Below are positions 38,201 through 51,364 of a stretch of 64,000 nt of DNA, piece after piece. The translations under genes were made by a program, and so were the position numbers. The first letter of the stretch is position 1. Every line of letters begins with the position of its first letter. The DNA is from Pristiophorus japonicus. Taxonomy: Eukaryota. Where the stretch lies: positions 11,222,001 to 11,286,000 of the forward strand of contig NC_091999.1 in assembly GCF_044704955.1 (NCBI RefSeq), written 5' to 3'. Below the pieces are notes generated by a model. It did no database searches. It had not been told where the DNA came from and was given only the letters and a program-made list of their open reading frames with translations.

Positions 38201-41200
38201 CAAGAGATTAATGTGCAAAGTTAAAGCACATGGGATTGGGGGTAGTGCGCTGACATGGATTGAGAACTGGTTGTCAGACAGGAAGCAAAGTGTAGAACTA
38301 AATGGGTACTTTTCAGAATGACAGGCAGTGACTAGTGGGGTACCGCAAGTTTCTGTGCTGGGGCCCCAGCTGTTTACATTGTACATTAATGATTTAGACG
38401 AGGGGATTAAATGTAGTGTCTCCAAATTTGCGGATGACACTAAGTTGTATGGCAGTGTGAGCTGCGAGGATGATGCTATGAGGCTGCAGACTGACTTGGA
38501 TACGTTAGGTGAGTGGGCAAATGCATGGCAGATGAAGTATAATGTGGATAAATGTGAGGTTATCCACTTTAGTGGTAAAAACAGAGAGACAGATATTTAT
38601 CTGAATGGTGACAGATTAGGAAAAGGGGATGTGTAACGAGACCTGGGTGTCATGGTACATCAGTCATTGAAGGTTGGCATGCAGATCCAGCTGGTGGATA
38701 AGAAAGCAAATGGCATGTTGGCTTTCATAGCGAGGAAATTGGAGTACAGTGGCAGGGAGGTGTTGCTACAGTTGTGCAGGTCCTTGGTGAGGCCACATCT
38801 GGAGTATTGTGTACAGTTTTGTTCGCCGAACTTGAGGAAGGACATTCTTGCTATTGAGGGAGTGCAGCGAAGGTTCACCACACCGATTCCCTGGATGGCG
38901 GGACTGACATATCAAGAAAGACTGGGTCAACTGCGCTTGTATTCACTGGAGTTCAGAAGAATGAGAGGGGATCTCATAGAAACTTTTAAAATTCTGATGA
39001 GTTTAGACAGGTTAGATGCAGGAAGAATGTTCCCAATGTTGGGGAAGTCCAGAACCAGGGGTCACAGTCTAAGGATAAGAGGTAAGCCATTTAGGAACGA
39101 GATGAGGAGAAACTTCTTCACCCAGAGAATGGTGAACCTGTGGAATTATCTACCACAGCAAGTTGTTGAGGCCAATTTACTAAATATATTCAAAAAGGAG
39201 TTAAATGAAGTCCTAACTATTAGGGGGATCAAGGGGTATGGCGAGAAATCAGGAATGGGGTACTGAAGTTGCATGTTCAGCCATGAACTCATTGAATGGC
39301 GGTGCAGGCTAGAAGGGCCGAATGGCCTACTCCTGCACCTATTTTCTATGTTTCTATGTTTCTATGTTAAGAGAATGAAAAAAAAAGTAGGGCGTATTAG
39401 AGACCATAAAGGTAATCTGTATGTTGAGACGGATGCCGTGGGTGTGATTCTTAATGAATACTTTGCGTCTTTTTTCACAACATAGAGGAGTGAAACAGAC
39501 ATTACAATCAGGGAGGAGGAGTGTGAAATATTAAATAAACTTAAATAATCACAGCGAGAGAGGAATTGTTAACATGTTTAGCAGCTTTGAGAGTGTATCA
39601 ATATCCAGGCTCGGGTGAAATGTATCCCAACTGTAACGAAAAGCACATGTGGAATTAACAGAGGCACTGACCATCATTTTCCTAACGTCTTTGGCTACAA
39701 GGAGGACTGGAGGACTGCTCATGGTGTACCTTTGTTTAAAAAGGCAGAAAGGGACAGACAGAATAATTACATGCCAGTAAGCCTAATCTCGGAGATGAAA
39801 TAAATATTGGATGAAACTTTGAGGGACAAGACACATCTTCATTGAGAAAGACACGGATTAATTAAGGATAGTCAGCATGGATTTGTTAAGGGAAATTCAT
39901 GTCTGACTAACCTGATACAATTTTTTGAGGAGATAAGAAGAAGGTTCAATCATGGTAGTAGTTTTGATGTCGTGTATATGGATTGAAGCCAGGCTTTTGA
40001 TAAGTTCCCACATGGAAGATTTTCACGAAAGTAAACTCCCATATGATTCAAACCAAAGTGGCAAGTTGGATCCAAGTTCGGCTCAGAGGCAGGAAGCAAA
40101 CGGTAATGCTCGTTGGGTGTTTTTTGTGACTGAAAGGCTGTTTCCAGTGCGGTTCCACAGGGGTAAGTAGGAGGTCCCATGATTTTTGTGAGAACATCGA
40201 TGATTTAGATTTTAATGTCGGGGCTATGATTAAGAAGGTTGCAGGTGATACAAAAATTGTTCGTGTGGTTGAGAATGAGGAAGAAATATGTAACCTGAAG
40301 GAATATATTAATGAACTGGTCAGGTGGAAACGACAGTGCCAAATGGAATTAAATCCTGAAAAGCGTGAGGTAATGCATTTGGCGAGGTCTAACAAGGCAA
40401 GGTAATACACATTAAATGTGAGGAGACTGAGATATGTGGACGAACATAGGGACTTTCGGGTACATTTCCACGGATCTCTGAAGGTAGCAGCCCATGTATA
40501 TAATATGGTAAAGAAGGCATGCACATTACTTGCCTGATTAGAAGGGATATAGGTGCTTGACTGTTGCGTGAACTGTATAAAACACTAGTTACGCCACAGC
40601 CAGCGTACTACGTACAGTTCAGGTCACCACATTACATGAACATGATTGCACTCGAGAGTGTACAGAGGAGATTTGCGAGGATGCTGCCTGGACTGAAGTG
40701 TTTTCGCCATGAGGAAAGATTGGATAGGCTGGTTTTGATTTCTTTGGAGAAAGGAAGTTGACGGGAGACCTTATTGTGGTGTATAAAATGAAGGGGGCCT
40801 CGATAATGTATATATGCGCACCTATTTTGCTTAGTGGAGGGGTCAACAACCAGCGGGCATAGATTTATATTAATTGGCAGACGGTTTACAGGGGATTTGA
40901 AGAGAAATGTTTTCACCCAGTTGTAGTGGTTTTGAACTCACTGCCTGAAACGTGGTCGGGGCAGAAACCCTCATAGCATTTACAAAGTATTTGGACGTGC
41001 TTTTGAATTTTCGAAACATAACAGTCTATGGACCAAGTGCTGGAATGTGGGTTAAGGCTGGATAGCTCTTTGTCATTAAATGCGGAAACAAAGGGCCTAA
41101 ATGGCTTCTTTCTATGCTTTAAGTTTCTATGATTCTATAATTCTATGATAAGGGCTCAGACATTTAGGTCTGCAGTGAGGACAATTGCTTCACTCAGAAG

Positions 41201-41420
41201 GTTGTGAAAATTTGGTATTCTCTACCCCAGAGGCCGGTGGATGTTGAATGGTGGATTATGTTCAAGACTGAGATCTATAGATCATTGGGAGTAATGGAAT
41301 CAAGGGATACGTATTTTGGCGGGAATGTGGATGTGATGTGCAAGTTCAGCCATGATCTTATTGAATGCGGGAGCTGGCTAGATGGGAGGTGTACTCTACC
41401 TCTGCTCCTATTTCTTATAT
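35220..41420. mobile_element. CR1 cluster paralogous to 13390-17970
   Basis: Same fragment order and junctions, e.g. cattatactccatagtctcaga at ~14635 and ~36465. Confidence 0.88.
37709..39366 (+). mobile_element. Young 5'-truncated CR1 present only in the second duplication copy
   Basis: Highly similar to 1900-3540. TSD ttaaga at 37703-37708 and 39367-39372. The empty site is at ~15895. Confidence 0.9.
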
Positions 41421-42497
41421 TATTACGAAAGCAATTCCATGCATGTGGATTCTTCTAACTGTTCCCACAGCCCTTTCCAACTGTTTATCTCGCGGTCTCT
41501 CGCTGAATTTCTCTCCCAGTATCTCTATCTGTGTTTCTAGCCCTATTTCTCCCTCAATCTTTTTCACTGTATCTATAACTATTTTTCTCTCTCTGTCTCT
41601 TCGTTAATGACAGATTTGAAAAGCAAGTAGGAAGACGTCAGCTGAAGTACGGCACCCTTTCAAGAAGGCAGCTCATCACCAACTTCTCAAGGGCAATTAG
41701 GAATCAGCAACAAATGCTGGCCTTGCCATCGACGACCCTCTCCAATGAAATAATAAAAACGACAAATGGGCCACCAGGTAATGCTCTTTTACATCAATAG
41801 TTTTTATGCAGTGAAAATATCCAATTGTTTATTTTTGCATTCCTTTCCCGGGAGATTACATTCGATTAGCTGACGATTACTGTTGTAGAAGGCCAGTGTG
41901 GTCAATACTGTGTTGTCATTGCCAGCAGCGCATGAAACCTATATCCCGCCCTTGCCACAACAACATATCTCGAAAAATCCACCATTCATTTCAAGCCCTT
42001 CCCATCCAAAACTCACTTTATCGGCTCTATTTAAATGGTGGATAAGCACTAGCGTTAACAAAGCTAACCTGTGCAGTCCCATCAGATATAATAGATCTCT
42101 GTCTTTTCTGCCCCCTCTGTTTTCGAAACCGAATCCGAGAGGGAGATAGGTCATGTTTACACCATTGCCCAATCATACAGAGGGGACCTCTGCTCTCAGC
42201 TCGGGTGGAATTACTTTAGTTACCCGCCGGTTCAGCATGAGTTAGTGTTAAATTTTGCGATTTTTGTTCAAGAAGATAAATGATAAACTGTGCAACCAGA
42301 GGGCGTGTTAGTTAGAATAAAGCATCAGCACTAGCATTCCAAGCTGGTTCTCAGCAAGGACATAAAGATACTTACCATCATACCTGAAAATCACATCGTC
42401 GACTACACATCAGAATAACCCCGAAATAATCGAATTTCCAATAATATTCTTGATCCATTATGATAAACTAGGAACTTGCATAAACTAGGGAAACGCC

Positions 42498-42941
42498 ATG
42501 AATGGAATGGTAATTTTCACTTTTTGATTTTAGGTGAGTGTCGGTGTGCTGAAAAGCCTTCGCCGTTACATTTATTTATTGTGTCTAATTTTCCACCTTC
42601 TTTGTATCTGCAGTTTTCGGTGGTGAGGCTGTGATTCACCAACTACATCAGCTGTTTGCACAAGAGGGGGGATCGATTGAAATCCCGTGCAATGCAAGGA
42701 CCAGCGGCTCTGATGGTATATTATGGTAAAGCCAACTGCAGAACCGTGACCTGAATTGTATCATATCTACTATCCTGGCCAACTCCACTGATGGACGATT
42801 CAAATTCTTCATTGACGCGATAAGAAGTTAAGAAGTTATAACATTCTCGTTATGGACAGCAGTGCGGTCTCATAGGCTGGAGTATATTACTGTGCAGTGA
42901 GGCACCGTGAGACAAAGGCTGGGCGCTCCAATACAATATCT
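42498..42941 (+). pseudogene. TCR V pseudogene (family copy 3 of 3)
   Basis: Leader with a stop before gtgag. Exon IEIPCNA...W*SQ...DGRF...GVYYCAVR with stops. RSS caccgtg(42903)-23-acaatatct. Confidence 0.88.
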
Positions 42942-43725
42942 CCTGCAATTTCCTATCAGACAATCTTAGCGCGCTTCCACATCTCTCCTGAATGTGCCGT
43001 CTCCTTTGTTGTGTACAGTTCCATTTATCCGGTAAGGAAAGGGTTAATCAGAACTTCTTGCAAGATATTGACTCCTTCATTCTGCACAGTTTGACAAGCT
43101 CTCTTCATCCTGCAAGGGAAGGGTTCATCACACTGACTTGAAGTCTATTAAAGTTCTACTGCTACTGATTTATGTGCATATTGTAATTAATTTCTCTCAT
43201 ATTATAGGTGACTGTTGTCGGATTTACCACATCCTTGTTTTCAAATCCCTCAGGACTGCGAGGCCTTCTATATCCCGCTTTCGATTGGCTATGGGTTGTT
43301 CTAATATTCAGTGAGCAATTTTTTAATGGGTGTCGCCTACACTGATACCAGAACAGCATTAACTATTTCGCTTCACTGCCTCTATCTCACCTGTTGCAGG
43401 GCCGACATTGGGTTTAATTCCCGTCCAGTTCTCTGTTGTGAGAACAATTTCATTCCGTTTAGCGCTGCTCGCTGTCATGTACTGAATTGGATACAGAGGA
43501 ACTGTGAGCCGACTACATCAATTGGAGAACAAAGGAGCTGTGAACTGATTCGACGAATTGCAGAAAAAAGACCCGTACTCTGATTCGATACCACCTGCTG
43601 ACACGGTCAGGAATGAAACAATCGGCAAAGACACTGGATATTAATCAACATCTTCCCAACACTTGACTAAACCATTTTCAGGTTCAAACCGTTCTGTTCC
43701 AATCCGCAATCAACTCTCTGTAAAT

Positions 43726-44268
43726 ATGTTGGGTCTAACGTGTTTATTCAATCGTCACAGCTGCAGCTCTCTTAACTGGTAAAGTTTACAAGTTACAAAA
43801 TCTTCTTCCAGGTGTCATTGAAATAGTTATAACGTTGTTTTCTCTCTATTTGCAATGTATTCCATCTCGTAATCATTTAGTTACAAAAAAGTGATGAAAA
43901 ATTGTTGAAGTTCTGTATTACTAAATTTCTGCAGCTGTTAGTGGCACAGACTCGATCTCGCAGTGGCTGGTGACAGCGATGCACTTTGAAGGAGACGCGG
44001 TGACAATTAATTACAGCTTTTCATCCCATTCCTTACAGCTGTACAGGCAGGGCGGCGGAAAAGGAACCACAATCCTAATCTACCTCCAATCGGACGGGGA
44101 TGTTTTCCGAGCAGGGGGCGTGGCTGCTCGATTTTTCACATCTGTCGATCCTTCGCAACGTGAGGGGAATTTCACCAGCGGCGACTTGGCTATTTGATAG
44201 CGCGGTCTATTACTGCGGGTGGAAACTGACACAAGGGCAGGAACCAAAGGGAACCTCATATAAAACCG
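43726..44268 (+). pseudogene. TCR V pseudogene, paralog of 26845 (no first Cys or core Trp)
   Basis: DSISQWLVTAMHFEGDAVTINYSF...QLYRQG...(fs)DSAVYYCGWK. RSS cacaagg(44230)-23-ataaaaccg. Confidence 0.87.
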
Positions 44269-44529
44269 CTGCTGCAATGTGACAAGGTCAAGGGGACAGT
44301 AGAAAAAGTGGTGAGAAACCGGGAGTGTCAGTACTTATTGCAGGAGAGTGTCCGTCCAAATCAAACAAATGAGTAGCTATCCAGCTTTCAATACTAAACT
44401 GGAATAATGTTTATTAATAATAATAATCTTGCTATTACTATCATAATAAGTTGTTTGATAGATAATGCTTCCAATCCATGTTCATATCATGGGCACCTCA
44501 AATTTCAATCTTAGTGAAACAGATATAAA

Positions 44530-44989
44530 ACCAGTTCTCATTCAGTGTCACAATTGCAAGCAGACCTCACGCTCCAGTCGTCAAGAAAATAACTTAATGG
44601 TGGGGCAATTCAGGAATGATTTTAGAAATCATTTGAGGGTTTCAAAAACATCAGAACAACGCGGCCTCTCCTGAAATGTGACCCACAACCCAAATCCTGG
44701 CGGCTGCACGGGGTGCTGACGGTACCAGCACACATGATATGTCGTACCACTTGCTTTCACATTACATTGCCTCTTCAACCGTCATTTCCGGAACTGGCGG
44801 TTCTTCTGTGTCTTGGTGGTCTACTTCTGACATAAAATAATAGTAATAGTGATTAACATCACTGTTAGCACTTGGTCAATAATAACATCTGTGTTACAGC
44901 AGTCTGGGGGCGAATGGATTTTTCCTGGAAAGGAAATGCTTACTGAGAAGTTATATAATGACGAGGAGCGGCGCGGGATGGTTCTACAT
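44530..44989 (-). pseudogene. TCR V pseudogene, paralog of 27690-28157
   Basis: Leader with stops before gtaag. Exon HQDTEEPPVPEMTVEE...WYRQHP. Confidence 0.72.
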
Positions 44990-45935
44990 GATCCTCCCTG
45001 AATCTGATACACTGCAGTCTGGAAAATCCTCTGTCGGGACGGAAATACAGATCCCCGCTCCACTGTACTTCTGATCCAAGCAATGGCGAAGAGGGACCAG
45101 TGGCAGCAATCTCTCCAATACAATAAGGCGGGTCAGAGCAAGAGCAGCAAATGGAAGCTGTTGGTGGGGCAGCCGCAGACACACAATTGAGTGAATTCAA
45201 CTGTCTGTGCACCCGCAGAAACTGTGCAGCGCCAATCAACTGAAATCGCAGCTGATGTAATGGAAAGGGTGTTGGCAGGGTGGAGAAGTCTGTGGCCAAA
45301 CTGATCATGCTCACTGAGCAAGTGACTGGAAATAAATAGAGTGGGAGGGATAAGAAATGAGTGCACAGCTTCAGAAATATTCCTGGTTGAACCAGCTCAA
45401 ATCTAGAGTTTTGGGGCACAATATCTGGCACAGGTGTTTTATATATGATCCATAAAAAAATAAATTCACTCAATGACGTTAGTTTAAATCGAATTGAACA
45501 AAATCCGCCAGCAGACGGCGGCAAACTCAAGCGTGGGGATTAGAAAGTCCGTGATGCAAAAATCAAAGCCAACAATGACCGCAGGCAAAGGAAGTAACAA
45601 TGGGGTCGCTCCCCGCAGTGTGTGGGTGGAACGGTGAGCTGGAAAGGCCGTGGGTTACCTCTGTCCTTCTCAATCGCTGTCTCATTCCATTCCAAGTTTC
45701 TGCGAGTGTTTCAATCAGACTTATTTCTCATAATACAGGCGGCTGGGCAGTAAGTACTGAATTACATGAAAAACCCAGGTTAGCAGACTGATGCAAAGAA
45801 TTTGTGCAGGCAATCTGAACTTTCCATACAAGAAATAGCTGGGTTCATGGGAAGTTACATGCACACACACAGATAGACACAAGGTGTAATCGACACTGTG
45901 TAAGCTCCTGTTATACTGTTCTCCTTTCTTCACAG

Positions 45936-46248
45936 GCGATTATGTGCGAATCAAGTAGCTCAGTCTCCGGTGACAATAGAGGTGTTAGCAGGGTGTTTTG
46001 TGCAGTAAGACTGCGAATATACAACCCCAGATATTGACATCGTGCAATGGTGTCAGCAGAAACCGGCAGAGCCTCAAAGCTCATTAATTAGAAAATATCC
46101 GCACTAATGGGAGGCGAAATATCAGGACAATATTAGGCGGCTGCAAGCAAGTGTAGAAAGAACATTTACCGAAGTGTGCAGGACGGGCGGTCAAGCACTG
46201 TGCAGTGAAGTGCAGCGTCAAATGAAAGCAAAGGCCCGGACATAAATC
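45936..46248 (+). pseudogene. TCR V pseudogene, paralog of the V exon at ~29097
   Basis: QVAQSPVTIEVLAG...DCEY...WCQQKP...HCAVK. Decayed RSS tgcagcg...acataaatc. Confidence 0.78.
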
Positions 46249-46276
46249 TCAACATGTATTTATAGCTGCATAGCGA

Positions 46277-46785
46277 CATAACAACATAAGATATAGGATC
46301 ATTTGTAGGCCCTAAGGCCTCTAGAGTCTGCTCTGCCATTCAAGAAGATCATGGCTGATCTGACCATGGACTCAGCTCCACATCCCCGCCCGCTCCCAAT
46401 AACCCTTTATCCCCTTATCGCTTAAGAAACTGTGTACATTTGTATCAAATGTATTCAATGTCCCAAGTTCCACACCTCTCTGAGGCAGCGAATTCCACAG
46501 ATTTACAACGCTCTGAGAGAAGAAATTTCTCCTCATCTCTGCTTTAAATGGGCGGCCACTTATTCTAACATCATCCCCTCTCGTTCTAGCCTCCCTCGTC
46601 AGTGGAAACATCCTCTCTGCAATCACCTTATCAAGCCCCTGCAAAATCTTATGTTTCGATAAGATCACCATCATTCTTTTGAATTTCAATGAGTAGAAGC
46701 CCAAACTAATCAACATTTCCTCATAATTTAACCCCGTCAACTGCCGGAATAAACCTATGGAACATTCTCTGAACTGCCTCCCAAC
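46277..46785 (-). mobile_element. CR1 3' fragment, absent from the first duplication copy
   Basis: ORF 46372-46740 is the CR1 C-terminus. cataacaacataaga tail. Confidence 0.88.
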
Positions 46786-46829
46786 ATGTGATCTTTCATG
46801 CTTTTCTGTCTGGGGTTAATTTGATCAGA

Positions 46830-47250
46830 ACGTGACGAAATCCAAATTCTGTCAGGTTGCTAGATGAAATACATGCTTGCATTCGTTTCCGTATCCTTGC
46901 CCAAATCTGTAGAGAACTGATCTGGGAAATATAGATAATTATCAACCTGCCCCGAGTGATATCTTCTCTGGAAGTATCTCGGAATTTAACAGGGCTGCTG
47001 ATGTAGCAGCAGAGGAAGGACAAACGATCGGATCTGGAGAACCAACAGCTGAGTATTATGGTCTGTTCTTCTAACCGTTAGTTCAGATGGATACTAGCAC
47101 ACTACGCCTGCGCCCCTGGTTCCTGTAACAAAACACAAAATGTGTGAAAATTCATGGATTGCACATAACCCATGTAGCACATACTTAGCATTTATACAGA
47201 TACTCACCGGGCAGCACGAGAATTATCAGCAAGGAACATGGGTAGTACAT
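46830..47250 (-). pseudogene. TCR V pseudogene, paralog of 29480-29858
   Basis: Leader MYYPCSLLIILVLPG|gtgag. Frameshifted exon (ELTV..IILSC..FPDQFSTDL). No RSS. Confidence 0.75.
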
Positions 47251-47471
47251 GGGGAGCCCTTCTTCGAGTGCGACAGAAAATATCAAATTTTTAATAAAAT
47301 GTTGGATCTTCTCGTCTGATATTAAAGAGTAAACTGAGACCCGGAGCAGGCTTCCCTGATAGGGAGACTGGGGTGGGGGGGGCGGGGGTGGGTGGCGTTC
47401 AAAGGGACAGTGTTATAAATTATCCAGCTCTCTGATAACAGCAGAGGATACAAGTCCTGAAGCCCCCGGCA

Positions 47472-48168
47472 GGTTTTTGCACTGTCTCTGACGATCTTAC
47501 CTGCACTGTGTCTTCACCGCACAGAATAGTTGGCGGCACCTGTTGCTCGAGTGTCACAAATATTCTGATCACGGTGCTTATCTGCTGAACTGAACCGAGA
47601 CTTGATTCTGCTCTGATCGCTGGTACCAGTTGCCAGGTGCTGAACGGTTCGCTTCGGGTATTGTCTGTACCAGTGCAGGATCTGTGCTGCGATTGTGGTG
47701 AAGCAGGTCAACGATGCAGTATCTCCCTCATTTAAAACCACTGATTGGGAAACTGCGATATATCTTAACTGCCCATGGCACCTAAGACGGATATGTAGAT
47801 AATAATATGATATAAAATAATATTATATAATATAATATATCATATGAGAAGTAGACATAATATAATAGAATACACAATAAATTATTATATCATATAATTA
47901 ACACAATGTAAATAATATCGAATAATTTTATAACGTAATAAAGCAGAATATAACATAATATAAATTAATTCAATATAACATAATACAACATAATATAATA
48001 CAACGTAATAAAATAAAATATAATATAACATAAAATAATAATATATAATAAATAAAAAATACATTTAAGATGTAAAATATTTCCAACTGACGGATTGTGA
48101 CCACACTCACAGTGAGGGGAGAGTAAGAAATTCAGGGAGATAATCACTAAAGTAAAGTCCAGCATCAT
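47472..48168 (-). pseudogene. TCR V pseudogene with a near-perfect 23-RSS
   Basis: Leader MMLDFTLVIISLNFLLSPH|gtgag and an AT-rich intron. Exon VLNEGDTASLTC...LHWYRQYP...(fs)FCAVK. RSS cacagtg(47510-47504)-23-gcaaaaacc. Confidence 0.88.
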
Positions 48169-48464
48169 GTCGGATCCTTTTGACTTATGTAAAGGAACCA
48201 CCAGCGGATCAAGGCCAATTCCTGGAGAAGGCAGCGCTGTTGTGTATCAATCTGAGCCCAATATCCACTGTGCCCGGCACAAACGGGCCTCTGCAACTCA
48301 AGAAGTGAATCTGTGAGTGCGGCTCGGGACTCAGCATTGATGGGGGTTGGGGGAGGGGTACCGCGCATGTGTCGGGACATCCGTGCGTGATTCTGAATGA
48401 AATTGGCAGTGCGAGAGCACAAATAGTGAACAATGTCTGCGAGTTCAGCTCAAAGAGGACCCGG

Positions 48465-48478
48465 CCACCAGATGGCGC
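48465..48478 (+). promoter_or_regulatory. Consensus CTCF motif upstream of a V leader
   Basis: CCACCAGATGGCGC, ~300 bp 5' of the ATG at 48168. Confidence 0.65.
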
Positions 48479-49325
48479 TGACTAACCATTGTTTCCCACG
48501 CGGGTCACGTTTCATCAAAACATACAGACTGATTTGTTTTTGATTATAAATTAATGGGAAATTCCTCCTCCCCTCTCAGATTTATGGTCACTTATATTAT
48601 ATTGTCCACTTACAGTTGAACAGTTCCACATATTAGTTGACTGTAAATGAGCTTGTCAACTTAAGTTGATAGTTTCTATAAATATATTTCTCATTACTAA
48701 TTACAATTCAGAATGTGTTGGTCTTGCGTTATCTTATCCAACCTCTGATTTCACCCGCAAAATGGAAACCCAACGCAGAGATGCAGTTGTTTGTAGCTAA
48801 AATAATAACTCTGGAAATCGTTGCTCGAGCCTGGAAATACCACAGTTCTTATAGAGAAGTGGAGTTACATTGTTCCAAAAGGGTACAGTATTATTGAAGT
48901 AATTTCCTTACACATGTATTGTTTGTGTTGTACAGCTCAATGCTGCAATTAAACAAACGGCGCCAATAGATATTAAATCAGTTTGACCCTGTCAATGTGA
49001 ACATCCCTTGTATTGTGACTCAAGAGATTGGCGAATATCCCACCGGTTCTCCGCTGCATTCCTTGCGCATGTGGGGCATTTATTCCACTCTCTTTTAAAT
49101 TCACCATCAGCTATTTAAACACCATGCATTAAGTATTCATGTTCTTGATTGTCTTTCCCATGTACAATACTTTACACTTTTCTAGATTAAGTTAAAGCTG
49201 CCATAATCATCTTTATTTTTCCTGTCTCGCATGGGTGAGCCCATTCATCGGGACCACTAATGTTAATTTTTCCCCATCTATTCCGCAGCCCCCTCATCCT
49301 GACCTCAATGATTTAGAGGAATGAA

Positions 49326-49614
49326 ACCTATTGTGCAGGATGTATCACCGTTTGTCTCAGTATGTATCTTCGCACAGTAAACTGCCGGGAGTCCACAGCG
49401 GTGGCTTTCCGCACACCGAAAATATTATAACTACTCGTTTTGTCAACAAACAAATCGAACCGTCCACTCTCGTCGGTTTTATTAGGCTGATAGGCGGAGA
49501 CTTTAAATTCTGGTGCCCGGCCTGGTAATTGCTGGTATCTCAAAACCCTATCACTGTAGCTGCTGGTCACATCGCACTGGATTTGAACTCACTGTCCTTC
49601 CGCGGCCGTCACCT
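49326..49614 (-). pseudogene. Leaderless TCR V pseudogene, inverted copy of the V at 50123
   Basis: VTAAEGQ*VQIQCDV...RYQQLPG...GRFDLFVDK...DSRQ(fs). RSS catactg-23-acaataggt. Confidence 0.85.
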
Positions 49615-50122
49615 GCCTGATCAGCGAATATGTCTGACACACGGACCACCCCAGTCACCACCAGAAATGGAGATGCTTTAATCCCTTTTGTCTGGTCCGG
49701 TTTTGAACGCAGAATACCACAGCATGATATGATTGCTTCGGACCCATTGCCAGGATCCACCATAGTGAACAGACACCAATCGCTTCTGACGTTTACAAAG
49801 TGACACCAGACTAAAAATCGGGCGCGCCGGTTTGAAACACGTCAACCATTTGTTTATTGGATAAAGAACAACCACGCTATAAGGATCAGAGACCATTGCC
49901 AGTCGCTGGCAAATTATTACATTGGTTATCGATCTTACCAACCAGACAGACAGATTTTCAGACAATCGACAGCGCTGGAATTTTCAGAACCAATATCTTG
50001 CAATACAATACATCGAATCGGGACATTCAGGTTCTTATTTCCATGTAACTATTCTGACTTAAGAAGACTGGATTGGAAAATAAACCTGTTCAATGTGTTG
50101 CGTGTTTGTCTTTTATTAACAG

Positions 50123-50447
50123 GCGTCTATGGCGAGGACGGAATATCCCAAACCGAGAAGGTGACAGCCGCGGAGGGACAGTCAGTTCAAATCCAGTGCG
50201 ATGTGACCAGCAGCTGCAGTGATAGGTTTTTGAGATACCGGCAATTACCAGTCCGGGCACCAGAATTTTAAGTCTCCGCCTATCAGCCGAATAAAACTGA
50301 CGAGAGTGGACGGCTCGATTTGTGTGTTGACAAAAAGAGTGGTTATAATATTTTCGGTGTGCATAAAGCCACCGCTGCGGACTCCCGGCAGTTTACTGCG
50401 CGAAGATACATACCGAGACAAACGGTGATACATCCTGCACAACAGGT
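50123..50447 (+). pseudogene. TCR V pseudogene (paralog of 11018-11195)
   Basis: Splice acceptor ttattaacag. EDGISQTEKVTAAEGQSVQIQC...PEF*...(fs). RSS cataccg(50409)-23-acaacaggt. Confidence 0.86.
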
Positions 50448-51364
50448 TTCATTCCTCTAAATCATTAAGGTCAGGTTATTTATTCTCATTATCCTGTGTC
50501 TCGCTTTGGAAAACAAAGATTCAGAATGTTATTATTGTCATTTAGTGTCACCTGACAAAGATATGCAGGGTTAAAGTAATGATGAATGAGGTAGCCAATT
50601 TAAAGGACCGGATTTAGTCAGTAACCGTGATTTCACTGGGATACATCAAATATAGTGGCGTCATATTATTAAATAATCATTTCGGAAGCTATCAGGGATG
50701 GCCAATAAATTCTGGCCTTGCCAGCGACGCAGGCATCCAGCGAATGAATTAAAAATAACTTTGTATTACATTATATGGCGTTTCAGTTTTATTATTTAGT
50801 GTTACTTCAAATGAAATAAATGAAACTCCAAGTTATACAATATCTAGATCCGCAGGAGTTTAATTTCTCCCTGCAGTAAACATCCTCTTCTCAGTAAAAT
50901 AAATAGGAAAACAATCCAAATAATTCTGGGAGAGAATACTTCCTTTGACAAATTCGACAAATAGACATTTATCCAAAACCACCACCACGTGGAGCGCCTG
51001 TCAGTCAGGAGTTTTCACGTTGATACAGAACTTAAAGCACAATCAAAAAATTGCCTGTTTTCTTTGGCTAAGACAATGAAAGCATCGAGACCAGAGACCA
51101 TATGAACTTACGGTAAAAAGGTAAATATTCATTTAAAGGAGTAAAGGGGGATTAAAATTTAGGGGTTCAGATTCAGAAAGATTGGAACAAGGTGTAAAAT
51201 TCTATGATTCCAAGATCGCGATGACTATTTCAGATTGAAATGCGACACATTTCAAATCTTTCTGAACAACTTAATCTGTTGTTACACATAGCTGTCAGAG
51301 GCATTCCAGGTTCAAAGGTTCGTTGTTTTCAGAGACAGCCAATCCACGCCTGGGACAAGACAGA

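Larger units (their letters stand above)
33020..47460. repeat. Second copy of the direct duplication (blocks A and B fused)
   Basis: Matches 11196-19620 and then 25480-30050. The two matches overlap across the V at 42498. Confidence 0.88.
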
